From Oscillospiraceae bacterium (GTDB lineage Bacteria; Bacillota; Clostridia; Oscillospirales; Oscillospiraceae), in NCBI GenBank assembly GCA_017455015.1, contig JAFTBW010000073.1, forward strand, positions 1-61,717: a DNA stretch of 61,717 bases. The letters are read 5' to 3'. Each line of letters opens with the position of its first letter. Position 1 is the stretch's first letter. The notes below the pieces were generated by a model. It made no database searches and was not told the DNA's origin. It saw only the letters and a list, made by a program, of their open reading frames with translations. Of this stretch, positions 18,243 to 27,215 are shown piece by piece. The translations under genes were made by a program, and so were the position numbers.

Positions 18243-19246
18243 GGAGCAGCCACCTCCCGGATCAGGGGGCGCAGGGACTCCGGCGGCACCTCGCGCACCG
18301 CGCACCGGCCGGGCTCGTCCACAAATACCGCCGAGACGGTCCCCGCCCCCATCTTTTTGTCGTGGAGCAGGGCGGCGTACACGGCCTCCGGGTCCGCCTG
18401 CACCCGGGTGGGCAGGCCCAGCTTTTCCAGCACGGGCAGCAGCCGCGCCCGGACCGGCCGGGAACACATGGGAAGCATCCCCAGGGCCACGCACTCCCCG
18501 TGCAAAAGGCCGGTGACGCTCTCGATGCCGTGGCCGATGGTGTGGCCGAAGTTCAAGATCTTCCGCAGGCCGCCCTCGTGCTCGTCTGCCTCCACCACGG
18601 TCTTCTTCACCCGCAGGGCCTTGCCGATCACGTCCTCCAGGTCCGCCTCGCCGACGCCCGCCTCGAAGCGTTCAAAGAGCGATGCGTCCGCGATGAGTCC
18701 GGCCTTGACCGCCTCCGCCAGCCCCTCGGCCCGGAGCCGGGGGGACAGGGTTTGCAGCGTGTCCGGGTCGATGAGCACCCGGCGGGGCTGCCAAAAGGCT
18801 CCGACGATGTTCTTGACCCCGCCCAGGTTCACCGCCGTCTTGCCGCCGATGGAGCTGTCCACCTGGGCCAGCACCGTGGTCGGCACGTTGTAGAAGTCCA
18901 CGCCCCGCATATAGCACGCCGCCGCGAAGCCCGCCAGGTCCCCCACCACGCCGCCGCCCACGGCGCATACGCAGTCGCCCCGGGTAAAGCCCGCCCGGAG
19001 CATGTCCGTCAGCAGCGTTTCCAGTACGGAAAGGCTCTTGCTGCCCTCCCCCTGGGGAACGCAGCGCAGCAGCGGGGCGCGGCACTGGGCCGCGACCGCC
19101 GCGGCGTACTCCGCCGGAACGCCCGCGTCCGTGACGATCAGCACCCGGCGGTCAAGGTCCAGCTTTTCCCCGGCGGATGCAAGGCTTTCCCGCTCCAGAA
19201 TCACGTCATAGCTGCGCGCGCCCAGGTCTACGGTCAGCGCCGTCAT
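18239..19246 (-). CDS. aroB: 3-dehydroquinate synthase
   Basis: 335 aa starting MTALTVDLG. The ATG overlaps the pheA stop. GGGVVGDLAGFAAA...VPTTVLAQVDSSIGGKTAVN. Confidence 0.9.
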   Translation of the reverse strand: MTALTVDLGARSYDVILERESLASAGEKLDLDRRVLIVTDAGVPAEYAAAVAAQCRAPLLRCVPQGEGSKSLSVLETLLTDMLRAGFTRGDCVCAVGGGVVGDLAGFAAACYMRGVDFYNVPTTVLAQVDSSIGGKTAVNLGGVKNIVGAFWQPRRVLIDPDTLQTLSPRLRAEGLAEAVKAGLIADASLFERFEAGVGEADLEDVIGKALRVKKTVVEADEHEGGLRKILNFGHTIGHGIESVTGLLHGECVALGMLPMCSRPVRARLLPVLEKLGLPTRVQADPEAVYAALLHDKKMGAGTVSAVFVDEPGRCAVREVPPESLRPLIREVAAP

Positions 19247-20352
19247 ATCGTCTCGCCCCCCTGGTGCGCGTTCTCCGGGGCGCTGTAGTGGCCCGCCACC
19301 TTCACCATCGGACAGACGCCATGCAGCGCGGAGAGCATTCTGCGGCCGTCCTCGGAGCAGTCGTCCCCCTCCAGCTCCGCGTAAAAATAGTAGTGCCAGG
19401 ACAGATTCTTCATGGGCCGGGAGCGGAGCACCCGCATGTTGTAGCCGTAGGCGCTGATGATATTGATGGCCTTCGCCAGGCCGCCGGCCTCGTCCTTGAC
19501 CATGAACAGCAGCAGAAATCCGCCGCCCTCCCGCTTTCCCATCTGCGCCAGGGTCCGGGAGAACACCGCAAAGCGGGTGGTGTTGGTTTCGCTGGCGTTG
19601 ATCTGCCGTTCCAGGATCTCCAAGCCGTAGCGCTCCGCCGTCTCCGCGCTGGCAATGGCGGCCACGGCGGGGTCCCGCCCCTCCGCCACCTGCCGGGCGG
19701 CCAGGGCGGTGTTCTCCGCGCTGCGGGCAGTCAGGCCGTGCTCCCGGATATAGGTCTGGCACTGCTGCAGCGCCTGGGGATGGCTGACCACAGTGCGGAT
19801 CGCGCTCCTGTCCGCGCCGGGAAGTCCCAGCAGATTCTGGGTCACCGCCAGATCGTAGACGCCGTTCACATACAGGTTCCCGGAGAACATCAGGTCCAGC
19901 ACCTGACCCACCTCTCCGGCGTAGCTGTTCTCGATGGGCAGCACCGCCGTGTCGCAATCCCCGCTTGCCACGGCATGATATGCCTCCTCAAAGCCGGGGC
20001 AGCTCACCGGGGTCCCGTCCGGAAAAATCCTGCGGGCTGCGATGTGGGCAAAGGCCCCCTCCACGCCGCTGTAGGCCACCCGGAGTCCCTCCGTCAGCCG
20101 GTGCTGAAAGAGCTTGCTCACATCCATAACGTGCTGCAAAAACAGCATGTAATACTCCCGCAGGACCGGGTCCTCCACCAGCGCTCCGCGGCCTTCCAGC
20201 ACCCGCGCCTCCTGGGCCGGGTCCTCCACCGGCAGCCCCCGGGCCCGCTTGTATTCCGCCACGGTGTGCACCGCCTCCATGCGCCGGACAAACAGCGCCG
20301 CCATCGCCTCATCCGCCTGGCGGATACGCTCTCTCGCCTCGTTCAGTTCCAT
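19243..20352 (-). CDS. pheA: Bifunctional chorismate mutase / prephenate dehydratase (P-protein)
   Basis: 369 aa: N-terminal chorismate mutase helix bundle, prephenate dehydratase domain (RVAYSGVEGAFAHIAA, TNTTRF) and a C-terminal ACT-like region. Confidence 0.9.
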   Translation of the reverse strand: MELNEARERIRQADEAMAALFVRRMEAVHTVAEYKRARGLPVEDPAQEARVLEGRGALVEDPVLREYYMLFLQHVMDVSKLFQHRLTEGLRVAYSGVEGAFAHIAARRIFPDGTPVSCPGFEEAYHAVASGDCDTAVLPIENSYAGEVGQVLDLMFSGNLYVNGVYDLAVTQNLLGLPGADRSAIRTVVSHPQALQQCQTYIREHGLTARSAENTALAARQVAEGRDPAVAAIASAETAERYGLEILERQINASETNTTRFAVFSRTLAQMGKREGGGFLLLFMVKDEAGGLAKAINIISAYGYNMRVLRSRPMKNLSWHYYFYAELEGDDCSEDGRRMLSALHGVCPMVKVAGHYSAPENAHQGGETI

Positions 20353-20361
20353 TTTTTCACC

Positions 20362-20835
20362 TCACAGGATCCGTTCCATCCCCGTTTTCTGGGGCGCCAT
20401 GCCCAGCCTTTCGTAGAAAGCTTTCGCCCCAGGATTGCATTCCCACACGTTCAGCTCCACGTTGTAGCAGCCTTTCTCCCGGGCAAAGGCCAGCACATGG
20501 TCGTAGAGCGCCTTACCGATATGCTTGCCCCGCAGGTGCTCGAACACGCAGATATCGTCGATATACAGGGTCTTCACCCCGGTGAACAGCCTGTCGTTGC
20601 CGTGCTGATGCAGGACGCAGAAGGCGTGGCCCTGCACCCTGCCGGCCTCGTCCACGCTGACAAAAACCGGCTCCGTCCCGTCCCGGAGCTTTTCCCGCAG
20701 CTCCTCCGCGGTGTATTTGGTGGTTGGCCCCCGGAACAGGTCCGGCCTGCCCAGATGGTGGACCATGTTCACCTGCACCAGCAGGTCCAGAATGGCGGGG
20801 ATGTCCCGTTCCTCCGCCCGGCGGATGTTGCTCAT
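20362..20835 (-). CDS. GNAT-family N-acetyltransferase
   Basis: 157 aa starting MSNIRRAEERD (AAAGGAGG RBS). Acetyl-CoA motif LRGKHIGKALYDHVLAFA. Confidence 0.8.
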   Translation of the reverse strand: MSNIRRAEERDIPAILDLLVQVNMVHHLGRPDLFRGPTTKYTAEELREKLRDGTEPVFVSVDEAGRVQGHAFCVLHQHGNDRLFTGVKTLYIDDICVFEHLRGKHIGKALYDHVLAFAREKGCYNVELNVWECNPGAKAFYERLGMAPQKTGMERIL

Positions 20836-20859
20836 GTGCGTCCTCCTTTCACGCGCCTG

Positions 20860-20898
20860 AAAATGAAAAACCGCCCCTGTCCTGCGGGACAGGGGCGG
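20860..20898 (-). terminator. Intrinsic terminator in the aromatic-operon leader (candidate attenuator)
   Basis: On the minus strand: CCGCCCCTGTCC-cgca-GGACAGGGGCGG (perfect 12-bp stem) followed by TTTTTCATTTT. Lies 25 nt after the leader-ORF stop and 24 nt before the GNAT ATG. Confidence 0.8.
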
Positions 20899-20923
20899 CA
20901 TTACCTGCAAGCTTGCTTCGCAC

Positions 20924-21040
20924 CTATCGCGTTCGGACAGCTTTCGGGGAATGGGTATTATAAGCAAAGCCCCCAAAAAAGCGGGCGAACGCAAACGGAA
21001 AGAGGGGCGCACAAATCCGGGTCTGCATCTGGCTGGTCAT
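20924..21040 (-). CDS. Candidate Phe-rich leader peptide (38 aa)
   Basis: GAGGAGG RBS 8 nt upstream of the ATG. Translation MTSQMQTRICAPLFPFAFARFFGGFAYNTHSPKAVRTR has 6 Phe in residues 14-25 (plus Tyr27). Not in the ORF track, presumably because it is below the length cut-off. Confidence 0.5.
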   Translation of the reverse strand: MTSQMQTRICAPLFPFAFARFFGGFAYNTHSPKAVRTR

Positions 21041-21090
21041 GGAAGCGGCCTCCTCTCGCTTTGCTGTGCTAAAGCATTGATGTGGCTCAT

Positions 21091-21119
21091 ACCATAGCAC
21101 CCCGCGGGAAAAAAGTCAA
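21091..21119 (-). promoter_or_regulatory. Candidate sigma-A promoter of the aromatic operon
   Basis: On the minus strand: TTGACT, 17-nt spacer, TATGGT, about 50 nt upstream of the leader ATG. Confidence 0.5.
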
Positions 21120-21147
21120 GAAAAAAATGCGGGTAACTGTTTAGATA

Positions 21148-21325
21148 CCCTCGTTGCCTCGCAGAGTTCCGCCGCGCACGGCGGAATAAAGTCCAATCCA
21201 TTTTCGGCGGAAACCGCGTTTTCGCCGAAAATACTCCTCGCGGAGCGAGTGTGCCCTCCCCCGCAGGGCGCGCTCGCGTAGCGCAACCCTTTTAACTGTT
21301 CAGAACCCACAGGGTTCTGAACAGT
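21148..21325 (-). repeat. Family-2 multi-hairpin repeat, copy 2b
   Basis: The reverse complement aligns with 15691-15864. Hairpin 1 is AACTGTTCAGAACCC-tgt-GGGTTCTGAACAGTT here versus AGCAATGAAAT-ttgca-ATTTCATTGCT in copy 2a. Confidence 0.8.
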
Positions 21326-21359
21326 TACAAATGCGGAATACCGGGATTTTCGGAAACCG

Positions 21360-21389
21360 TTGCAAAGAACGGGAAAACTATGGTACAAT
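21360..21389 (+). promoter_or_regulatory. Candidate promoter of ymdB-rmuC
   Basis: TTGCAA, 18-nt spacer, TACAAT preceded by TGg (extended -10). Confidence 0.45.
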
Positions 21390-21437
21390 AAACCCGTCTC
21401 CCCCGGGGGAGAGCTTTAACGGAAAAGAGGCAACGCC

Positions 21438-22211
21438 ATGGAAATGAGAGTATTGGCGGTGGGCGACGTGTGCGGAAAGGCGGGGATCGACCATCTGCGC
21501 AGGTGCCTCCCGGAAATCACAAAGAAGTACCGCATCGACTTCACCGTCGTCAACGGGGAGAACGCCAACGTGGTCGGGGTGACGCCCGGCCAGTGCGAGG
21601 AGATGTTCTCCGCCGGGGCGGACGTGATTACCCTGGGCAACCACACCTGGACGAGGACGGAGATGCGCGACTACCTCAAGCGCTCCACGCGGGTGCTGCG
21701 CCCGGCCAACTACGCCCCCCAGTGTCCCGGCATCGGGGCTGCGGTGTACGACACGCCCTTCGGGCCGGTGCGGGTCATCAACATGATGGGGCGCTTCACG
21801 CTGGACGCCAACACGGACAACCCCTTTGTGGTCATGGACGGCATCGTCAGCGCGGAGGACATCCCCATCACCCTTGTGGACTTCCACGCCGAGGCCACCA
21901 GTGAAAAGCTGGCCATGGGGTACTATCTGGAGGGCCGGGCCAGCGCGGTCTGGGGCACCCACACCCACGTGCAGACCTCGGACTGCCATGTGCTGGAGGG
22001 CGGCACCGGCTATATCACGGACCTGGGCATGACCGGGCCGGGACGCAGCGTGCTGGGCATCGACGTGGAACAGAGCATCGGCAAGTTTTTAGGCGACCCG
22101 CCCCGGCGCTACAACCCCGGCGGCGGGCGGTGTAAAATGGAGTGCGCGGTGTTCGCCATCGACAGCGAGACGGGGCGGTGCCTCTCCGCCGAGGCGCTGC
22201 GGGTGGAGTGA
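21438..22211 (+). CDS. ymdB: YmdB-family metallophosphoesterase (2',3'-cyclic-nucleotide phosphodiesterase-like)
   Basis: 257 aa with motifs GDVCGKAG, VVNGENA, TLGNHTW, DFHAEATSEK and GTHTHVQTSD. Confidence 0.85.
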   Translation: MEMRVLAVGDVCGKAGIDHLRRCLPEITKKYRIDFTVVNGENANVVGVTPGQCEEMFSAGADVITLGNHTWTRTEMRDYLKRSTRVLRPANYAPQCPGIGAAVYDTPFGPVRVINMMGRFTLDANTDNPFVVMDGIVSAEDIPITLVDFHAEATSEKLAMGYYLEGRASAVWGTHTHVQTSDCHVLEGGTGYITDLGMTGPGRSVLGIDVEQSIGKFLGDPPRRYNPGGGRCKMECAVFAIDSETGRCLSAEALRVE

Positions 22212-22221
22212 CGAAGCGGCG

Positions 22222-23532
22222 ATGGAAATTCTGATCGCATGCCTGCTGATTGCATCGCTGGCGGTGGGGGCGGTCTGCCTTGTGCTGCTGCTGCGGATAA
22301 ACAGGCGCAGCCGCCCCATCGACGAGCGCGCGCTGTCCGAGCGCGTGGCGGACCGGACCGCGGACGAGGTATCGGAGCGGCAGGAGGTGCGCCTCACCGG
22401 CCTGAAAGCGGAGCTTTTGGCGGAGAACCGGGCCTCCCGGACGGAGACGGGGGCCATGGTACATACCACCATGTCCGCGGTATCCGACTCCCTGACCGCC
22501 AGCGTGAACCAGCAGTTCCGCACCTTTTCCCAGCAGAGCCTGGCAAGCCTGGAGGGCATCCGGGCGGAGGTGAAAGGCCGGCTCGACTCCCTGCAGCGGG
22601 ACAACCACGCCCAGTTGGAGCGGATGCGGGAGACCGTGGACGAAAAGCTCCAGAAAACTCTGAACGAGCGGATCACCGACTCCTTCCGGCTGGTGAACGA
22701 GCGGCTCCAGGAGGTCTATACGGGCCTCGGGGAGATGAAGACCCTGGCAAACGGCGTGGGAGACCTGAAAAAGGTACTGAGCAACGTGAAGACCCGGGGA
22801 ATTCTGGGAGAATACCAGTTGGGCGCGATTTTGAGCGAGATCCTGAGCCCCGAGCAGTATGAGGAGAACGTGGTGACAAAGGCAGGCTCAACCCAGCGGG
22901 TGGAGTTCGCCATCCGCCTTCCGGGGGAGGACGGCAGTCCCGTGTATCTGCCCATCGACGCCAAATTTCCGGGGGACACCTACGCCGCCCTGCTGGACGC
23001 CTACGAGTCCGGGGAGCCGGAGGCGGTGGCCTCAGCCCAGCGCGCTTTGGAGCAGCGGCTGAAAAGCGAGGCAAAGGACGTCCGTGACAAGTACGTGGAC
23101 CCGCCCAATACCACGGACTTCGCCATCCTGTTCCTGCCCTTTGAGGGCCTGTACGCCGAGGTGACGCGGCTGGGTCTGGTGGACGTGCTGCAGCGGCTCT
23201 ACCGGGTAAACATCGCCGGGCCCACCACCTTTGCCGCCCTGCTGAACAGCTTGCAGATGGGCTTTCGCACCCTGGCCATCCAGAAGCGCTCCGCGGAGGT
23301 CTGGACCCTGCTGGGCGCGGTGAAGACGGAGTTCGCCTCCTTTGAAAGCGTGCTGTCAAGCGTGCAAAAGCGCATCGAGCAAACCGGCGCGGAGCTGGAC
23401 AAGCTGGTGGGCGTGCGCACACGAAAGATCAACAGCAGCCTGCGGAGCGTGTCCGCCCTCCCCAGCGAGGAGAGCGCCCGCCTTCTGGGCGAAGGGGCGG
23501 AGCATCTCCCTGCGTCCGCTCCCGAGGAGTAA
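22222..23532 (+). CDS. rmuC: DNA recombination protein RmuC
   Basis: 436 aa: N-terminal TM helix, long coiled coil, and a C-terminal RmuC nuclease-like region (YLPIDAKFP, DFAILFLPFEGLYAEV). Confidence 0.8.
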   Translation: MEILIACLLIASLAVGAVCLVLLLRINRRSRPIDERALSERVADRTADEVSERQEVRLTGLKAELLAENRASRTETGAMVHTTMSAVSDSLTASVNQQFRTFSQQSLASLEGIRAEVKGRLDSLQRDNHAQLERMRETVDEKLQKTLNERITDSFRLVNERLQEVYTGLGEMKTLANGVGDLKKVLSNVKTRGILGEYQLGAILSEILSPEQYEENVVTKAGSTQRVEFAIRLPGEDGSPVYLPIDAKFPGDTYAALLDAYESGEPEAVASAQRALEQRLKSEAKDVRDKYVDPPNTTDFAILFLPFEGLYAEVTRLGLVDVLQRLYRVNIAGPTTFAALLNSLQMGFRTLAIQKRSAEVWTLLGAVKTEFASFESVLSSVQKRIEQTGAELDKLVGVRTRKINSSLRSVSALPSEESARLLGEGAEHLPASAPEE

Positions 23533-23550
23533 GCCGAAGGCACACCTCTT

Positions 23551-23583
23551 TAAAGCCTTCCCCTCGGGGGGAAGGCTTTAAAA
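23551..23583. terminator. Bidirectional terminator hairpin (family-4 hairpin-1 type)
   Basis: TAAAGCCTTCCCC-tcgg-GGGGAAGGCTTTAAAA lies between convergent rmuC and spoIID. Its 3' arm contains the spoIID stop codon. Confidence 0.65.
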
Positions 23584-24618
23584 GGAATCCCCCGCCGAAT
23601 CGGTCAGCACCGCCATGACCAGCTCCGTGCCGGGGTAGTAGTGTTCCAAAATCTCCCCGTAGCTTTTCCCGGCCTTCGCCATGAGGTTTGCTCCGTGCTG
23701 GCTCATGCCCATGCCGTGGCCGTAGCCGCTGACGCGGAAAAGGAAGCGCTGCCCCTCCCCGTCCCAGGCCAGGGTGAAATCCGTGGAGCGAAGGGAGAAC
23801 ATCTGCCGCAGGGTCTGGCCGCTGACGGACGCCCCGCCGATCACCGCCTGGGACACCCGTCCCGCGCCGTCCAGCGACACGGTCCCCACCCAGGAGGCGG
23901 GGTCGTCCTCCGGAAGCGATGCCTCCGGCACCGTTCTGGTGACCGTGGCGGCAAAATCCGCCGCACTGACCTCCACGGTGGTGCAGAGGTTCTGCACAGT
24001 CTCTGGCGTCTCCGGCGTGCTGACGCTGACCAGATACGGCAGGGCAGTCCCCAGGGCCGCTCCGTCCTCCGTCACATCCAGGGAGGAGGCGTGGAACACC
24101 GTCAGGGCCGGCTCGTCCTCCCAGACCAGATACTGACCGTCGGTGGCGGCGGCCGCGGCGGAGAGCTTTTCCATGTAGACGCCGTAGTTCTCCCCCCAGC
24201 GGGAGCGTAGATGCTCCTCCGTCTCCAGGGCGGCGCAGCAGCCCGGGTCAGAGCAGACATCAGCCTCCGGGTGGGCCGCTTTCCGATTGGCACGATAGCG
24301 CAGCGCGTAGGTGCGCAGGGCCACTGCCTGGGCTTTCAGCGCCTCGTCCGAAAAGGCGGCGGGCATCTCCGCCGCCATCGCCAGGGGGAGATACTCGGCC
24401 ATGGTCATCTCCGTGATCTGCGCCTCCGTCTGCACCGCCAGGACCACGGAGCCGTCCAGCACCTGAATGTCGGAGCGGTCCCGGACCGGCGCGGCGGCGG
24501 CCGGAGCGGGCGGCGCCTCCGGCGTTTCCTGCGCCCCAAGCCGGGGCGGAGAGAGCAGCACCGGCAGCAAAAAGCCGACGCCGGTCACCAATATGGACAG
24601 CAAAAAGGACTGTTTCAT
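23578..24618 (-). CDS. spoIID: SpoIID/LytB-domain protein (stage II sporulation protein D-like)
   Basis: 346 aa starting MKQSFLLSILV (GGAGG RBS, signal/TM N-terminus). GYGHGMGMSQHGANLMA motif. The longer track ORF reads through a family-1 repeat. Confidence 0.85.
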   Translation of the reverse strand: MKQSFLLSILVTGVGFLLPVLLSPPRLGAQETPEAPPAPAAAAPVRDRSDIQVLDGSVVLAVQTEAQITEMTMAEYLPLAMAAEMPAAFSDEALKAQAVALRTYALRYRANRKAAHPEADVCSDPGCCAALETEEHLRSRWGENYGVYMEKLSAAAAATDGQYLVWEDEPALTVFHASSLDVTEDGAALGTALPYLVSVSTPETPETVQNLCTTVEVSAADFAATVTRTVPEASLPEDDPASWVGTVSLDGAGRVSQAVIGGASVSGQTLRQMFSLRSTDFTLAWDGEGQRFLFRVSGYGHGMGMSQHGANLMAKAGKSYGEILEHYYPGTELVMAVLTDSAGDSF

Positions 24619-24689
24619 GGGGGAAACCTCCAAAGCGCGACATTTGCGCCCTTGACGGATGGAGCGCAAGGGTATAAAATAGAAGCTCG

Positions 24690-24853
24690 AAGGAAACGCG
24701 GAATAAATCCCCGCGCACGCCTGGCGGCAAATTTTGCGCCCGCCTGCGTTGCAAAAGCCTTGAAATACACAAAGTATTCCTGCGGTTTTTGCGCCTTGGC
24801 GGGCACAAAATTTGCTCGCCAATCGCACACGTTGCTTTCATCAGCGCTTCCCT
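24690..24853 (-). repeat. Family-1 repeat, copy D
   Basis: Full-length copy in reverse orientation, between the divergent spoIID and membrane-protein genes. Confidence 0.85.
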
Positions 24854-24884
24854 AAATCATTTCTATTTGGACGGGCTTTCGATT

Positions 24885-25682
24885 ATGCAAAAAAACGCGA
24901 TGACAATCACGCTGTCCACCCTTGTGATGGGCATTTTCGGCGCTTTTCTCCGCTGGCTGCAAAACGTGGGCATCTATGAGCAGGACACGGGCCTGGCGAT
25001 CCGCGGGGCGGGTATCAGCGCGGCGGTGCTGATCTTCACGCTTCTGGTCCTGGCTTTGCAGATCGGGATCGCCTGCTTCTGGCTCCGGGAGACCAACCGG
25101 CTCCAAAGCGCGGAGGAGGCGTTCCACACGGACAGGATACTCCCGATCCTCCTGGGCTGGCTGTGCTGCGCCGTCTACGCGGTGGGCGGCATCATGCTGA
25201 TGTTCTCCGCGGGCAGCACCGCCATGCCCGTCATGCAGCGGCTGCTGGGGGCGTTCGCCATCGTGGCGGGGGTGTGCTTCCCGTTCCTGCCCAGCCGGAT
25301 CAAATATGAGGGAGCCAGCCAGCTCGGCAAGCAGATGACAAGCAGTCTGCTCTCCCTGTTCTTCTGCTTCTGGCTGGTATACAGCTACCGCTCCGGCGCG
25401 CAGGTCCCCTCTCTGTGGACCTACGCGCCCGAGATCGTGGCCCTCTCCGCCGGGGCATTGGCTTTCTACTACGTCTGCGGCTGGTGCTTTGGCCGGGTCC
25501 GGCCCAAAATCAGTCTGATTATGCTGCAATTCGCCGCGTTTCTCTGCATCGCCGTCCTGCCGGACGACCGGAACCGGGCCGTCACCCTGCTGTTGATCGC
25601 CGCCGCCGCCATGCTGCTCATGCTGGAGTATCTTTTCGTCAACAATCTGCTGCGGACCGAGCCCGCGCCGGCGGAGGAGTGA
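24885..25682 (+). CDS. Polytopic membrane protein of unknown function
   Basis: 265 aa starting MQKNAMTITL, with several hydrophobic segments. The track ORF's 5' extension lies in repeat D. Confidence 0.6.
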   Translation: MQKNAMTITLSTLVMGIFGAFLRWLQNVGIYEQDTGLAIRGAGISAAVLIFTLLVLALQIGIACFWLRETNRLQSAEEAFHTDRILPILLGWLCCAVYAVGGIMLMFSAGSTAMPVMQRLLGAFAIVAGVCFPFLPSRIKYEGASQLGKQMTSSLLSLFFCFWLVYSYRSGAQVPSLWTYAPEIVALSAGALAFYYVCGWCFGRVRPKISLIMLQFAAFLCIAVLPDDRNRAVTLLLIAAAAMLLMLEYLFVNNLLRTEPAPAEE

Positions 25683-25690
25683 TTGAATTC

Positions 25691-25729
25691 GTTTCGCGCT
25701 GCGGCGCGAAATTCTGCGAAGCAACGGGG
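25691..25729 (+). repeat. Family-2 repeat, partial copy 2c (hairpin 4 + tail)
   Basis: GTTTCGCGC-tgc-GGCGCGAAATTCTGCGAAGCAACGGGG matches TTCGCGCC-tgc-GGGCGCGAACTCTGCGAGGCAACGAAAGG of copy 2a. Confidence 0.6.
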
Positions 25730-25761
25730 AAAGTATTGAAAGGATAATTGATGTGAGTATC

Positions 25762-25797
25762 AAAAACGCTGCAAGCCCGCGGGCTTGCAGCGTTTTT
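25762..25797. terminator. Bidirectional intrinsic terminator
   Basis: AAAAACGCTGCAAGCCCGCGGGCTTGCAGCGTTTTT lies between convergent genes. Confidence 0.8.
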
Positions 25798-25831
25798 GAT
25801 GATGCGGAAAGCTCTGTCAGCGTCTGTCGTT

Positions 25832-26653
25832 TCACGCCTCGTCCGTCAGCTCTCCCTTTGCGGTGACCGCGGCGGGGCCGGTGAGCCAGAGATTTTTCAG
25901 CCTGTCCCCCTCGTATTCCAGGTCCACCCGCAGCGTGCCGCCCTCCATCTCCGCGGTGACGGAGGACTCCGTCAGTCCCAGGGCGTGCAGAGCCCAGACC
26001 GTGGCCCCGGTGCCTGTGCCGCAGGCATAGGTGAAATCCTCCACCCCCCGCTCATAGGTCTTCAGGCGGATGCGGTCCCGGGCTTTGATCTCATAAAAAT
26101 TCACGTTGGCCCCCCGGGGAAAGGCGGCGTGGAAGCGCAGTTCCCGGCCCAGGGCCCGGAGCGCGCCGGTGTCCGCGTCCTCCGGCAGGGCGACCGCCGC
26201 GTGGGGGATGCCGGGACAGCCCAGCTCCACATAGGCGCAGCGGTATTCCCGCCCGCCCGCGGTCACGGCCATGTCCAGTCTCGCGTTTCCCGGATCGTTG
26301 AGCCGGACCCGCCAGAGCCCTCCGGCCTCCCGGTAGCCGGTGACCAGGCCCGCCGTGGTCTCCACGCGCACGGTCTCGCCGCCAAGGCCCGCCTCCCAGC
26401 CGAAGCGGGAGACGCACCTTGCCCCGTTGCCGCACATCTCCCCCACGCTGCCGTCGGAGTTGAAGAACAGCATTTTGAAATCCCCTTCGCCCTCCGCCGG
26501 ACGGACCACCATCATGCCGTCGGCTCCCAGGCTCAGCCGCCGCCGGCACACGCGCCGGGCCAGCTCCGGCAGCGTCCCGTCCGGCAGCGCCCGCTCCAAA
26601 TCCGGGATCAGCACAAAATCGTTGCCGGCCCCATGCATTTTCCAGAATTTCAC
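25832..26653 (-). CDS. dapF: Diaminopimelate epimerase
   Basis: 273 aa with MHGAGNDF and [16 protein letters not shown] active-site motifs. Confidence 0.9.
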   Translation of the reverse strand: MKFWKMHGAGNDFVLIPDLERALPDGTLPELARRVCRRRLSLGADGMMVVRPAEGEGDFKMLFFNSDGSVGEMCGNGARCVSRFGWEAGLGGETVRVETTAGLVTGYREAGGLWRVRLNDPGNARLDMAVTAGGREYRCAYVELGCPGIPHAAVALPEDADTGALRALGRELRFHAAFPRGANVNFYEIKARDRIRLKTYERGVEDFTYACGTGTGATVWALHALGLTESSVTAEMEGGTLRVDLEYEGDRLKNLWLTGPAAVTAKGELTDEA

Positions 26654-26730
26654 GGTCAGCGCCCCCTTTGCGCCTATTCTATCACGGAAAAACGCGTTTG
26701 TACAGGGCGCTTGAAAATGAGAAAAATAGC

Positions 26731-26759
26731 TTGCATTTCCCGCCGCTGTCTGCTATAAT
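26731..26759 (+). promoter_or_regulatory. Candidate promoter of rpmE
   Basis: TTGCAT, 17-nt spacer, TATAAT. Confidence 0.55.
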
Positions 26760-26829
26760 TCCTCTGCGTCTTGTAACGGCGGCGCTTTGCCGTACTCAAG
26801 GCAGCTTTGAAAAACAGGAGAGCATCACC

Positions 26830-27027
26830 ATGAAAAACGGTATCCATCCGGATTATCAGCCCACCACCATCCGCTGCGCCTGCGGCAATATCATCGAGAC
26901 GGGCAGCACCAAGAAGAACATCACCGTTGAAATCTGCTCTAAGTGCCACCCGTTCTACACCGGCAAGCAGAAGCTGGTTGACACCAGCGGACGGGTCGAT
27001 AAGTTCAACAAGAAGTACGGTCTGTAA
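26830..27027 (+). CDS. rpmE: 50S ribosomal protein L31
   Basis: 65 aa starting [10 protein letters not shown]. Zinc-ribbon cysteines CACG...[10 protein letters not shown]. Confidence 0.95.
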   Translation: MKNGIHPDYQPTTIRCACGNIIETGSTKKNITVEICSKCHPFYTGKQKLVDTSGRVDKFNKKYGL

Positions 27028-27051
27028 TCCGGTCACGGTCGGTCATATCGC

Positions 27052-27102
27052 CAAAAAACGCCGCTGCCTCCCGCTTTGGAGGCGGAGGCGTTTTCGGTTT
27101 TT
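27052..27102 (+). terminator. Intrinsic terminator after rpmE
   Basis: CGCCGCTGCCTCC-cgcttt-GGAGGCGGAGGCG followed by TTTTCGGTTTTT. Confidence 0.7.
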
Positions 27103-27134
27103 CCACTCTTTTCCCCTGTTTCCGGTTCATTTCC

Positions 27135-27163
27135 TTGACATTGGGCGGAAAAACCGATATGAT
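27135..27163 (+). promoter_or_regulatory. Candidate promoter of the NuoE/NuoF/GltD-like operon
   Basis: TTGACA, 17-nt spacer, TATGAT. Confidence 0.5.
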
Positions 27164-27215
27164 ACTTATTTAAGAGCAAGCCTTTGTTTCCAAACCCGAA
27201 AAGGAGTGAACGCAT

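Noticed and set aside
20836-21090. T-box riboswitch upstream of the aromatic operon
   Set aside because: I could find no T-box consensus (AA..GGTGG.ACC.CG-like sequence) and no specifier-loop architecture. The leader ORF plus terminator explains the region better.
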